From contig KZ538668.1 of the NCBI GenBank assembly GCA_000934665.2, positions 1 through 59,604 of the forward strand: 59,604 nt of DNA. The letters run 5' to 3'. The first letter of the stretch is position 1, and each line of letters begins with the position of its first letter. This DNA is from Catajapyx aquilonaris. Lineage: Eukaryota. The notes under the pieces are model-generated. The model was not told where the DNA came from. It worked only from the letters and a program-made list of their open reading frames with translations, and ran no database searches. Made by a program: the position numbers and the translations under genes. This document shows, piece by piece, positions 22,512 to 34,900 of this stretch.

Positions 22512-23447
22512 GGGGAGACCGGGGCACAGTGGACCACTTTTGGACATATGAATTTTTATATACCTACCTGTTATACCTACACACTAAATATTTTCAGGCA
22601 TGGTGGAGATACTCCTTGGTAATATAAGTCACTACTATATTCACAGGAAGTGCCATCCTTTTGGCTTTAAAAAAATTTAGAAGCGACCCCCTGCAAATGG
22701 TCCACTGTACCCCGATAGCTGGGGCACAGTGGTCCGGAAGTGATTGGGACCCCTAATTCACACAAGAAGTTTATTATCATTGCCTAACATTTTTGTTACA
22801 GCTGTTCATTTTGAGGATGTGTCAACATCACAGTTTTGCCCCTTCTTTCTACCTAATTCGCATTTTTAAAATAATTGTCTCACATTTTTTTTACAGCTGT
22901 TCATTTGGAGGGTGGTTTGTCAAAATCACAGTTTTGCCCTTTTTTCTACCTAATTCACATTTTTAAAATAATTGTCTCGCTATTTTTTTACAGCTGTTCA
23001 TTTCGGGACACAGTGTGCATTTCAAGGCACAGTGGTACATGGACCACTGTGCCCCGCAAACGACTGGACCACTGTGCCCCGGACAGCAGCAACTGACATA
23101 ATGCTATGATTGTAACTTCGATTGCAAGTTAGGCTTACCAAACTTCCGGTAATTCATGGGCAAAGAGCGGAACTATTCCACAAGATTTTTATATCATGCT
23201 CATGCCCAACATCTACGCCTGAAGTGGCATTTAAACCGTGGGTTAGTAATTTACTTCACTTATCTTCAAATCGATTTCGCTGGATATCTATCGATCGATC
23301 GATCGCTAGCCGTTGCCAGCCATGTTGGCAGGAGCATGGCAGTGTCTTCCTTCACGAGGTACCAAATAAAAAAAATTTGGCGGCTTTTTCGATTTTTAAA
23401 ATGGAAAGGTCCACTGTGCCCCGTGGTCCACTGTGCCCCAGTCTCCC
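22512..23447. mobile_element. Non-autonomous DNA transposon / MITE with ~26-bp TIRs and TA TSD
   Basis: Left TA|GGGGAGACCGGGGCACAGTGGACCAC versus right (reverse complement) TA|GGGAGACTGGGGCACAGTGGACCAC. At least 7 copies of GGGGCACAGTGGWCC in both orientations. No transposase ORF. Confidence 0.88.
22790..23003. repeat. ~95-bp tandem duplication (about 2.2 copies) inside the MITE
   Basis: TTACAGCTGTTCATTT occurs three times and CACAGTTTTGCCC...CTACCTAATTC.CATTTTTAAAATAATTGTCTC twice. Confidence 0.9.
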
Positions 23448-24067
23448 TATACAGTCGCGAAATTCTTTCGGTATCAGTACAATTTACTTCTGGCATGTTT
23501 GAAAAATAGCAGTGAGAGGGCCTTGGGTCCAGGTAGATGAACTCTGAAGTCATATACTGCATGCAACATTCCTTATCCAGTACTATGGTAATAATGACAT
23601 CATGCACATCTGCATAATATACATTACAATGTGCTGCATACAAGCTGCAGATTGCCGCTAAAATGCATTGTATGCAAAGGAAACAATGAGGTAAAACAAC
23701 ATCCTCGGGTTAATTATTCCACCCCATGAAAAATAAAAACAACGACGAGTCCCGTGCCATGTGTTTATTATGCAAAAGAAAACATGCTGCGACTACATTA
23801 TGCGAATATAACGAAACAAGTTCCCGCTGACTCTAGACTCAGAAGAGGCGGAAGCTTAAATGAGAGAGCCTCTTTATGCGATTAAAAACTTTCAGAGCAG
23901 TGGCCATTGAGACGAGAGGATCTCTTCAGGAGTGTTCTTCTGGAAGGCAACACGTCCCGGAAGGATTCTAATCACTTCCCCCCTTGCTCCTTCCGAGCAC
24001 GCGCCAATTCCCCCTTTATTGCTCCTACTCTTCTCAAGCGTTACTAATGTGACCTAGGCATCAATTC

Positions 24068-25429
24068 TTAAGCGTTGTTATCCAAGAACCAATCAAAAAA
24101 GGACGTCTTTCCCTGTTCCCTAACGGCCACCTTGAATTGACTCAGGGCTGCACGGAGGCCAGCCACGGTCATTCCCCTCGTGCGGGACACCTCCAGCACT
24201 TTATCCAGACGTCCAGCGAAGGTGCTGTCGCCGAAACAATAGTAAAACAGCTCCTGGCAACGGGCAGCGGTGGCGGCCATCACCTGTATAATGGCCTTCA
24301 CCTCTCTGTCGCCACGGAACGCACCGCAACCCCAGTGGCCAGTGGCAATATGTCCCGGTTTGTCCGGACCAGCCAGGATGGCCAACTCGTCCTGGAATGG
24401 CCGAAATGCGCAGAAGGCCTTGTTCAGCTCTCGCTCCAAGTGGTCATTTTCCAGCTGTTTCTTCAAGGCATTTCCAGACCCGAAGTAGTTTGTCGCATCT
24501 ACGGCCAGCACCAACCTGTCCTTCCATGTCTGTCGTTCCTGGGCTGGACCTTCGTATGTGGTGGTCATTCCGTACCCGGCGTAATCCCCAACCTTTTGGG
24601 CTCCGGCAAACACTGCCGCTTCTTTAGGCCCCAGGGTTGGGGTGACCAGGACTGCAGGGCACATTTCGGGCGACATTCCAAACACGAGTTCCTCCTGAGT
24701 ACCAGTCTCGCCGTACCCGATGTTCTCGTTGGCAAAATCCAGCTCGACCTCTATCTCTTGGTCGCCCATGCGGCCGGACAACCGGCATGTGACCTTTGTG
24801 TTGGCCAACACAAGTGTGGGGTCAGAGGACCAGTCGGGGCCGGTCTCAAGGTATCTCCTGGCAAACCATACCTCATCTCTGTCAACCGCAATGTTCCCGC
24901 TGATGACCCTCTGGAAGTAGTCCAGCAGGACCTTCAGGTAGGCCTGGGTCGGAGCCAATACGTTCTTGTGCCACACCTTAAAGTTGACTGAGTACTTGTT
25001 CCACTCTTGCGGAAGCAGCGTGCAGAAGAACATGTGGGCCAGCAGGCACGCCACTTGACGCCGGCTCATCCTGACCACAGAGCCATCCACCTCCGGGTTC
25101 AGACTCTGAATGTGACCTTCCGGAAACAGCAGAGGCATCTCCAGGGCCAGATCCACCATGGGCGGGAGGATCTCCCTCAGAACCTCCTCACCTAGAGGCC
25201 CTTGCAAAACCTTGTCCAGCCCTGGAAGACCCTTGGCATCCTCCGGCTCCAGCATCGACATCCTCGCCCGGCTCTTATCCATCTTCAAGAAGTGGAGGAT
25301 GACCAATCGCAGCATCTCCAACGAGGTCGACTCCTTCAGCATGCCCAGTCTGCTGGTGATCTCGTCCCATGTCCCGGCCTCGTACGGCGCGCGTCCACTG
25401 TGTGGCAAGGCCACAGTCGCATCAGTCAT
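24068..25429 (-). CDS. PARG: Poly(ADP-ribose) glycohydrolase, catalytic-domain-only, 453 aa, single coding exon
   Basis: QVACLLAHMFFCTL, LDFANENIGYGETGTQEELVF, YAGYG, VDA, RELNKAFCAF, ATGHWGCGAFRGD, KAIIQVMAA and YYCFGD, in canonical eukaryotic PARG order. Acceptor TTTTTGGTAG| at 25442; AATAAA at 24020-24015. Confidence 0.92.
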   Translation of the reverse strand: MTDATVALPHSGRAPYEAGTWDEITSRLGMLKESTSLEMLRLVILHFLKMDKSRARMSMLEPEDAKGLPGLDKVLQGPLGEEVLREILPPMVDLALEMPLLFPEGHIQSLNPEVDGSVVRMSRRQVACLLAHMFFCTLLPQEWNKYSVNFKVWHKNVLAPTQAYLKVLLDYFQRVISGNIAVDRDEVWFARRYLETGPDWSSDPTLVLANTKVTCRLSGRMGDQEIEVELDFANENIGYGETGTQEELVFGMSPEMCPAVLVTPTLGPKEAAVFAGAQKVGDYAGYGMTTTYEGPAQERQTWKDRLVLAVDATNYFGSGNALKKQLENDHLERELNKAFCAFRPFQDELAILAGPDKPGHIATGHWGCGAFRGDREVKAIIQVMAATAARCQELFYYCFGDSTFAGRLDKVLEVSRTRGMTVAGLRAALSQFKVAVREQGKTSFFDWFLDNNA

Positions 25430-28400
25430 GATCGACGGTACCTACCAAAAAGGAAATTCTTGTATACATGTCCGGCTTGTCAACCAACCAATGGGCCCGA
25501 CGTGTATCCCGCGCATTGTTGCATGTTGTCGCACTAACTTGCCCAATATCGTACTGTGCGCGAGGGCCTGTCAACTATATGCCAAAAGTCTCTCCAAGTT
25601 TCTGAATGGTCCCAGAATCGACATTCAACTGTGATACTCTCCATTTCCCACCGGTAAATGAAGAGGAAAACTTGCGGAACAACCGCTGGCAAGGAACATG
25701 GAGAGCAAACTGCGGCTCTCTGGCAAGCAAGCTCTACTTCCCCCAGAACTTCTCTATGTAGTTGGCCACTACGACTCCATGGACGTGCCAGACCCATAAC
25801 TTTGCCCTACAGTTACAGCAGGAGGCCCTTCTACGCCGCACGTATCTCCCGCCGTACTTTTCAACGAAATGCCCTTTGATCTTTATTACTTTTTGTTTAC
25901 AGTCGCCCCCGTACACAACCCTGTCTGCGGTCCATATTTACAGGAATTTTCCAGCCGACTTGACATCCGAGTTGAAGCCTCTTATGTGCCTATTTCTCCC
26001 TCACAATTATAAAGCCTATACACGCCTACATGCATTTCGCAGATGGCTGCACACACTCCCTGCAGCACGAATAATACTCGCTGCCATCAGACACCCAAAA
26101 TAAAGCGGACTGTACAGATGAAATTAGCAATTCCGCCGGCCGGTCATTTGCAAAGACAGGCCAGACCAGTTTCTGCGGTACGGATTTTCTTGCTCTCTCG
26201 GGGGGTGTCAGGTCCGCATGCAAATGACCTCGTTAACAGCCCAGAGTTGGACTATATGGCTCCGGCTCGGTCCAAGTCACTCTCCAAAAATCTTAACGCG
26301 GTCGGCGCCACTTCGCTCTCATACAATGTATACCCCTCCGGATAACCCCCCCCCCCCCCCCAAATCGTCATTACCGGAAGCGATGTACGCTGGCATTAAA
26401 TGACCTAACCTCTCGTTTTAACGCCCTAATAATTATCTCGCAAATGCACCATAAATTTCCCGATGCGAATAGAAAATTATGCGGATTGCATATTCCCCTA
26501 GCTCTATATACCCTCGCTGCAATTAACCCTTGCAAGCGGGTGTAAAATATCCATCCCCGGCAATCACAAGTCCGGTTCAATCCCTCGATACCGATCATGC
26601 CTCCAAAAATGTCAATCTAATAAGCCAGCCCCAGGGTGCAACAGTAAATATCAATATACACACAACAAACAGAAACATCTCTCTCTCTCTCTCTCTCTCG
26701 AGCTAAACCCAGCACCGGAAACATCGATCCAGCAACCCCGGGAGATTAGGCCAATCTGCCAGATATCATTGCTCCAGGTGCTGCTCACGTCACACTGTTT
26801 AGTCTCCCAATCAATTCGAACCTACCTCTGGATTTTCGTTTATGAACTGCAAACCCACAGGGCAAAGCTATCAGTCTAATCAAGTCTGGGGGTGTCACAT
26901 CGTTATGCGGGCTGCAGTGGACAAGACTGCGCCAGAAAAGATCGATACTTAAGGTGGCACATTTTGCAGCCAGGAGGTCAAAATCAGCTTTGAAAATAAC
27001 AACCCCAGCGCGCGCAACCCTAATTGTTGGCATTTGGAACAAAACTAGGATAGTGCATTGTTCCTGGCACCCCCCATCACCCCACCTCTTTTTATTGGTT
27101 TTCATCAGGCGAGGCACTATTCTGCGCTTAATTAGTGTGAATCACCGGAATCAATTTAGCAGCAAGGTCGCTGTCGGCAGGCTGCGGGGGTGAAAAGGGT
27201 TAGGGGGGGGGGGGGTGGCAGCAGGAGGTGGGGAAAACGGATTCGGCCCATTAAATCAAGAGGTGGGCTGCCCGGGAATGAAAACCGCGCCCTACCCTCC
27301 AGTATATGAACCCCCCACCCCTTCAGAAAACCCCACCCACCACTTTTCTGTGGAGCCCGGGCCATCTTCAGCAAGCTCCATCTATCTACTCGATTGTTTG
27401 CCCCAGCAACCAATAACAATTTTCCACCAGAACGTGTCGTTTTTTTCCCCCCCAGCGGAAAGGTGTCTTTAACCCCATCTCCCTCGAATGCTTTCAGGGG
27501 TGGCCAAAATCATGGTCTCCACCATCGGCATGCCTCACCTATCTGTCTCTCGGAAGGTGTCCGCAGCTCTGCAGCACGAAAAAGATTCTTTGGAAGGAAA
27601 GGGGGGAGGAGGTGGTAGAAACCCCCATCTCTCCTCAATCCTTCTCCGCCCGGCAATTTACAGCGCCTGTCACCTTCTCCAACTGCGATTTATCATGCTT
27701 CGCTCCGTCAGCTTTTCTCCTCGCCATAATTCTCCCTGTCGCTCCCGATCTTTCTTTCTTTCTTTCTTTTTTTTATTTCACTCTCTTCTTCCCCCGCATG
27801 TCTCCACCATCACCATATCTTCCACCCACCCACCCACTCTTCTCTTATACAGGCATACACCGTCGAATCGCATTTGCCATTTTTACAACCCACTTGCTGA
27901 GCGGTGTGCACATGCTCATGTGCCTCGTCTCCGATCCGCTGCCTCATTTGTATGGCGTGACACCATGCGTGAACGTGTCAGCCTCCCAAGATAGAGTGAA
28001 TAAGCCAATTAGAACGTTCCTGCTGGAAATCGGCCCGAAATGAAAATTATTAGCAAAATGGGCGTGGTGCTCAAATGGGTGTGTATATAGTGGGCCCGAA
28101 TATTCCCTGTTGTCACTCCGGAAGAGCCCACTTGTCCCGGGCATAATTATGCTGCCGGGGAATGATCCTTATCAAAGGCCACTTTTTTTTTAAAGGTGAT
28201 GCCATTCCACCCAAAGCAAATATCGACTATACCAGACAGCCCGTCCCTCTCTGCCAACCACACACTGCATGACAAACCAAACAAAATTACAGTACACTGT
28301 GAAAGGTGACTACACACCGGCGAGGCAGTCGGTGCAAGTTAATCAATATAATTTTTACAGCACCACTTGTATGCTAAACACATGTAGTGAAAACTACTGT

Positions 28401-28682
28401 AGGTCCAAAATGGCACCAATATGCATGTACTGTAGCCTAATAAATGAAGAAAAAATATGGCCACTGCCATTTGAGCCTTCACTAATATTGAACACTTAGG
28501 ATCAATTGTTAAAATTGTCATTTATTTTACCCCGTGATAGGCCTACGTAGACCTTTTTGGAGGTACACCACCATCAATTTTCTTGTACTTTTTTTCTTCA
28601 ATCTCCGGTGCAAGGAAACAGGACAATGGGAGATGGATATGAATTTTTGGGGAGGGGACACGGGTACAACTTAGGATCAATT

Positions 28683-28920
28683 GAACGGTGTCATGCAATA
28701 ATGAGTCAACCCACATAACAGTTTTGAGAAAAGGGGCTTTTTGAATGTCACACCTGTGAAATCAATTCAGTATCATTTTCGATCATTTACGGCAGAAGTA
28801 TGCCGATTTCGCCAGCTTCATTTTAACTAAATGAAGTACCGGTACGATCCTTTGGGTATATGTTCCTGGACTCAATTTAGACATTTTTGTGGGTTGACAC
28901 ATTATTACGTAACACCGTCC
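28683..28920. mobile_element. Small MITE with 33-bp TIRs and AATT TSD (Sola1-like)
   Basis: AATT|GAACGGTGTCATGCAATAATGAGTCAACCCACA versus right end reverse complement AATT|GGACGGTGTTACGTAATAATGTGTCAACCCACA (28/33 match). Confidence 0.8.
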
Positions 28921-31900
28921 AATTTGAGTAATTTTTAGCTCAAGTTATCGATGACATTTCAGCCGACCAAAATTACTACGGCCTCGGTGTAACTGGCCCA
29001 AAACAACAAACAGAATGGGTGCAACGTCCTTGCTCATCCTTCACAACTGTACACTAATCTATGCTGTGCACCATGATCCATCCCACAGAAGGCAAGAGAG
29101 TCGCCCATTCAGCCGGCCACAAATCTCCAAAATTCTTGGTAGAAACCGCCCCCGCCCCAGATAACAATGTTTCAACCGTAACCTCCTGCAGGGCACTTCC
29201 AAATCTTCCTTCTTCCCTGGATCCATTCGAATAAGAGCACAAAGCATTAGAGCCCGCAGGATAGAGAGAGACACGGCGCATGAAACAGCAGCGGGGGAGC
29301 CCCCTCCCCCCCCCTCTCGAGTCATAAAAGCTTCAAACCACGTCCGTCGGACCGCGGAGGGAAACGGCACTTATATTCTCCCCGGACAGAACCTCAACCC
29401 CGGAGAAAAAGTGATGCCCGGACACAAAAGGGCGACGAGGTGTGCCTGTAATTTCAGGTCCCCGAACCGGACAGCAGCTCCTGAGGAGTTTACTACACCA
29501 GACAGCCTCAAAAACTGATGGAAGGGATCTCCACCCTGGTACAGATGCCCTGTCCTCCGGATGAATTCCGGATTTTTGCAGGGCCAGTCAATAAATGCTA
29601 CTCACTCCCGTCTTTTTTTCCCACATGAGCAAAGGGGCCTTCCTTTTGTTGGGACCCACAACGCCAGATATTGGGTTAACATTTTCAGCGTCTGTCTGGG
29701 ATCAAGACGAACGATGGGGAGGTTGTAGCAAGTGAATGCTTTCTGTCTGTTGCAGGAGGATTTCCGGAGGAAATTTCCATTACCCCATGCAAACATGTTC
29801 CGAGCACGATCTTTGGTTGGGAATGGTTATAAGACAAAACAAATATAGGACGAGGCCGGCGGACGTATCACTCATGTTATCGGTTCAAGATACGGGTGAC
29901 AGCATTTTGCGTCAACATAACAAATACGACGTCATTGGCCCTATGACGCAGGGATCGCTGACGTGTGGCCAAGGTTGAACTGAGGCATTGTAGCAAGGTG
30001 TCATGTACAAATTAGCCTGCAGTTTTGTGAAGATAACAATTCAGTCCTTACACGGGAAATATTTTTCTGTCGACAATGCAAATATTTACATTCAAAAACT
30101 GCAAATCAATTATTAGCGCAATATTTTTCACATTGGAAATAATTTTGCATGGAGGAAATCTGCACGCTTTATGGTTATTTTATTGATACAGTTTCACAAA
30201 AAGTATTTCCATTATTCGTGTCGTTTTATGACAGCTATGATACAATTTAATGGTGTATACCTAGTGACACATCGGCTGAGAGAATAAAAATAAACGCATG
30301 TGGAAACGCATTAACACGTTGTGATTTTAAATGTGTTGGACATGGGTGGGATAATTGACGGGGAGGGGAATGGAATGTTTCTAATTCAGACAGCTACACA
30401 ATCCCGTGCAATATTTAAATGATGCAACTGAAATTACATGCATGTATACCCATTGGCTGACAAACATCCACCACATTGCCGGCCATTAAATGTGCCTCTT
30501 CAGCTCGTTCTAAAAAAATACACATAACGGAGGAAGGTACACATATTTCTGACACTATATACATGGTACGTATAGAGTCACGGTCCACGTGACATAAGCC
30601 AATCCGCAATAAAAATAAATGTGACACTCAGGCTGCCAGTCGCATTACTTCTGAAAATAACTGCCTTATCCAACATTCGCTCATTTCTTCCACTAAATGA
30701 GACCAATAATGATGCAGCGGTGTAGCAAGAGTTATAATCGCACCAATGCAGTCCTATAGGAACTAACAGCAAACAAAAACAACACCGTAATCACCGACCA
30801 AACAGCAGTTTTGTTTGTCGCACACCGGCCACATAATAGTATCGCGGCAACCTCCAGCCATCACTTCAGATAAGCTACTTGTTACACTGTTGTCACAGCT
30901 CACAATTAATCGACTCAGATCCACGTTCGGGCGAATGCCAGTATGTAACGCAGGAAATTGTTGATGTACAAGTTTCCATTATTGCCGCCGCCACCGCCTT
31001 GTCTCCGTAATGATCAATTAGCACCTGGGACACCGCGCGACCTTTTGTTCTCCACCAAACGCAATTCCCAACTTTCTTCTTCTTCTTCGGCACAGTATAT
31101 ATAGTCAGGCGTGCTATTGCCCCAGTACATTGCAGGTGGCAAACTCGTTCCAGGAATGCCGTTGGACGGTCTAACGGATATGGAATTCGCTGGGGGAAAT
31201 GAAGAGGAAAGCGAAAGGGATGCTGCAACGTAAATATTGGGGGAAACTACTGCAGTCACCTGCCCACACGTTCCTGGAAGCGGTTTTTCTAGTTCTTGAA
31301 ATATAAATGGCAGGGGTCGCACGAAGCAATTACTATGCAAAATGATAAACAATTAAAAAGTATTCAAACCACGCAGAATGCAACGCAGTGACGTCCAGAA
31401 TTTTATCATACAGTGCACAACAGTCAATTGCCCCCTCACTATCAGCATCCCGCAGCTGGCCACAAAAATGCAATCTACGTCACACCCAATTGCACCAATA
31501 CCTGCCAAGTGTCTGAAACCTGCATTGTACCGCCACATACTGTACTGGCCAGTACCTTTTTTTTCCACGACAGGACAGCTTATTTGGCACAATACCGTTT
31601 GCCATCCGATCCCTGCAACACTGGGGCAGTAGGTAATTCCCACCGCACCTGAGGGGGTGCCCGAGCACAACACCCACCCCCACCTATACCACCCACACAC
31701 AAAAAAAACCTGAGGCTTACAGAGTGCAGGCGTGAAACGGCACGGATCGCACTCGGGATCGATTCCCCAGCCCAGAATGATAGGCAGCAGCAAACCAACC
31801 GATCCGATCCGAAAATCAAGCCCGCCGCCAATTCCATTTGCCCGTTTTCAAAAGCAAGCCCATCTCGTTTCCGATCGAGTTACGGCCGACGGCCCCCAAC

Positions 31901-34900
31901 TCCCCCCAAAAAAGAGAGGCACCCTCTAGTTACAACAGCCAGGTCGGCCCATTGTATAGGCGCCAACACATTGTTGGTGAAAGCGCATCCCGATTTGTTA
32001 TGAGTGAAAATTTTCTCACCTGCTGCGGAAAAAAGAGGCGTGAGTGACAACAACCTTCTTCCTTCTTCTTCTTCTTCTTCTTCTTTAGAGGCCTTGTGCT
32101 TCCTTCAACCTGCAACACAAGAGAAAGCCTACTTAGAACAATAAATGTCAGGGTGAACGCTCCCTCAGCATGGTCGATATCGTGTCGTTTTGAGGCTTCT
32201 TACCAAAGTGGGCCATTACATTCTAGTATGGATGGCTTGCGCATAATGCACCTTACTTGTACACTACCCCTGAAGAGGTTACCTGTGCTCTCAGGTGCAC
32301 GGCCCCAGGGAAGTGATAGGTCACGTTTTTGGTGCCTTTTCACTTTGTGACCTGAGACTGCTCATGCACAGCTCCCAGGTTTAATACCTAGATACCAAAA
32401 TGCGGGCGTGCGTGCAGGTAACTCCAAACTGCCTTCCATCAGGTAATATAGCCCCTCCTCCCCCAAACCGTAATGTCAAATTCACTTACTGGAGAAGTCA
32501 AACGATATGTCAAATAATAGCGTGCGGATTTATGGTTTGCTTTTGGGGCATGGAGGCGGCCGACAACTCTCAGAACTAGCATGTTAGTTTGCTAACTAGC
32601 ACAGTAGCAGAAATTAAATTACTGTAGGCGAATTTAGTTTCATGAATATCGATTGTACTTCCCCCATAGCACTCCCTCAGTTATAATCCTTCAGCCCAAA
32701 TGGTTATATAACCTACATACATATTTTTCCAACAAAAACGCTGAAATGTGTGACGTCCGGTCTCCGCTGACCCGGGCGTAATGCAACTAACCAGCAGTTC
32801 ACCTGCAGCACCATTTGAGCATGTAGGACGTAGGCGTGAATCAAAACGCCACACAAATTGATCATCCAACCCGATGTTGTTTGCGTGTAAACAACCGCAA
32901 TGATGTGGCCAGCTAACGTCCGTCCGAAACGATCCTCTCCCAACACATTAATGCCCGATTAGGGCATAAAATTAGGAATAATTCTCCACCCCCCTTCTTT
33001 TACCGTCCTGCGGCTTAATTAACTGACAGCGGCCACTGCAAGGTTTTGGACTAATCCTGGAAATAACCCTCCTCCCCAATCATGGCCATGGCCCCCCCTC
33101 ATTACCAACTTGGGCCGTATCCGCTCCCTCGAACCCAGCACCCTAAAACCACTAAAGCATGGCACCCACCCCCGCCCATATTTCCATCCTCCCCTAACCA
33201 ATTACAAGCCAGAATCAGCAAACATCCCCGTGTTACCCTCCAAGAATTATGCTTACGAGCAAAGACGGCAGGTAAAATTATCTCCCCTCCCCCCCAAAAA
33301 ATAAGAAAATTTTTTCCCCCCCCCTCCCCGTTGCGATAATGGAACCCAACCAACGTCGTCGCGGTTACGAGTCTCGCTATGAGCTTCGCCTTGCCCGCTA
33401 AGCGCCCATCTGTCTAGGATTACATGCCACCTCTCAGGGCAGGTCACCGGATTATTCGGCGCCTCCGGGCATCCTAACATTAGCGGGATGGGAATGAAAA
33501 AAAAATGTCGCGGAATTTAGGACACCATGAGATGCCGTGCAGCCATTAGGACTGGGCCATTTGGGAACACCCCAGCAAAGCCCAGGATTTCCTGAGAGCG
33601 CCTGGCTTGTAGGCAACGGTGCATAGAAACAGCTCAAATCGCGGTCTACCTACCAGGATGAAGCGAAGGTCGAAATTTTCCGGAGAAATGAAAAATTTTC
33701 AGTTACAAATTCAACCAAGGTGTACTAGGAGGCAGAGGGCAGCTCCGGATTGCTCAAATCGACCTGCTCCGCACTGCCGCTGCAGCTCTCCTTAGGGACA
33801 CTTTGTAATAAAGTTCCAAACTTTTGACACCCGCTGTCATTGGGGTGAAGTTGGGACCGGCCACAGGAAGAATCCAAAGCAGCTGGCCACCATTCCCACC
33901 TCCCCATCCTATACAACACCCCTATTCACCTCCCAGCAACACACATTAGCACCACTCCCCCCCACAGCTTGCATTTCTTCAGGCTGAGAGCATTAGTGGA
34001 GGACATTAGGAGACGCATTTCCCACTTCCGATTCCCATCAGAAAACTGGGAGCACCCAGGAAAAAAAAGGGCGCTAGGAAGCAAAAAAAACATTAACTCC
34101 GCCACAAATGAAGCCCCGTGCTGTGGGCACGTCTCGAAAAAATTACGCAGCGAAAATTATACCACGCTCCCAAAAATGGATAGTTTATAACCAGTTGAAC
34201 CCACTAGGAATAAACAATCCATAAACTTCTTTCCCAGCCTCCATTGTTGGGAACCCAAGCCCCATGCTGTTCCTGGAGGTCAGGCCATGGGTCAAAGCAC
34301 ATAACATGCTTTTTCCACGAGCATATGAATATATTGATCCGTCATGCTATTTCCGTCCAGAAAACCGCACATTCTGGATTTATTCAAAGCCACTTTTACT
34401 CCCTCCCCCCCCCCCNCACTGGTAGCGTTCAAAGCCCCCTCCCCCCACAAATCCCATTCCCTTCGGTGCATGGTGCCTCATCCCCCCGATAAACCAAGGC
34501 GCTTATATCCCTCCAAAATTACCTTATTGCGCTAATTATGCGTCTCGCAAGGCCCCTCCCCCTAGAAAACCATGGTCTCCTCCAGCTAGAGGTGACAAGA
34601 CGGGGGTTATTTTAACCTCCCCATTTCCAACCACTCTGGTTCCGGACAAAACAAACTGGTAGCAAGGCAAAAACAGGCACCTCAATTAGCCCCCAGTTGT
34701 GGGGGTGGGTTGTATTTGTTTAAGCTCGAGCGGCTTGTGTTGTCTCTGGTGGTGGTGGTGGTGCTGGGGATTGAACCGGTGCTGTTAAAACAAAAGATTG
34801 TGGGAGTCACAATGCGCTTTTAATTATTCCACTAGCCCTGGAGTAAGTTTGGGAGGACCATCAAGCGCATTCCTTCGCCACAACAATGGCCTTTCTCTTT

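Noticed and set aside
22512..23447. Interspaced repeats superficially like a CRISPR array
   Set aside because: Repeats occur in both orientations at irregular spacing inside a TIR element, in eukaryotic DNA with no cas genes.
24137..24991. 284-aa plus-strand ORF
   Set aside because: Antisense shadow of the GC-rich PARG CDS; no recognisable motifs.
29600..32047. Two ORFs ending in CGKKRRE in opposite orientation (apparent inverted repeat)
   Set aside because: About 20 bp of imperfect, A-run-dominated similarity; compatible with chance.
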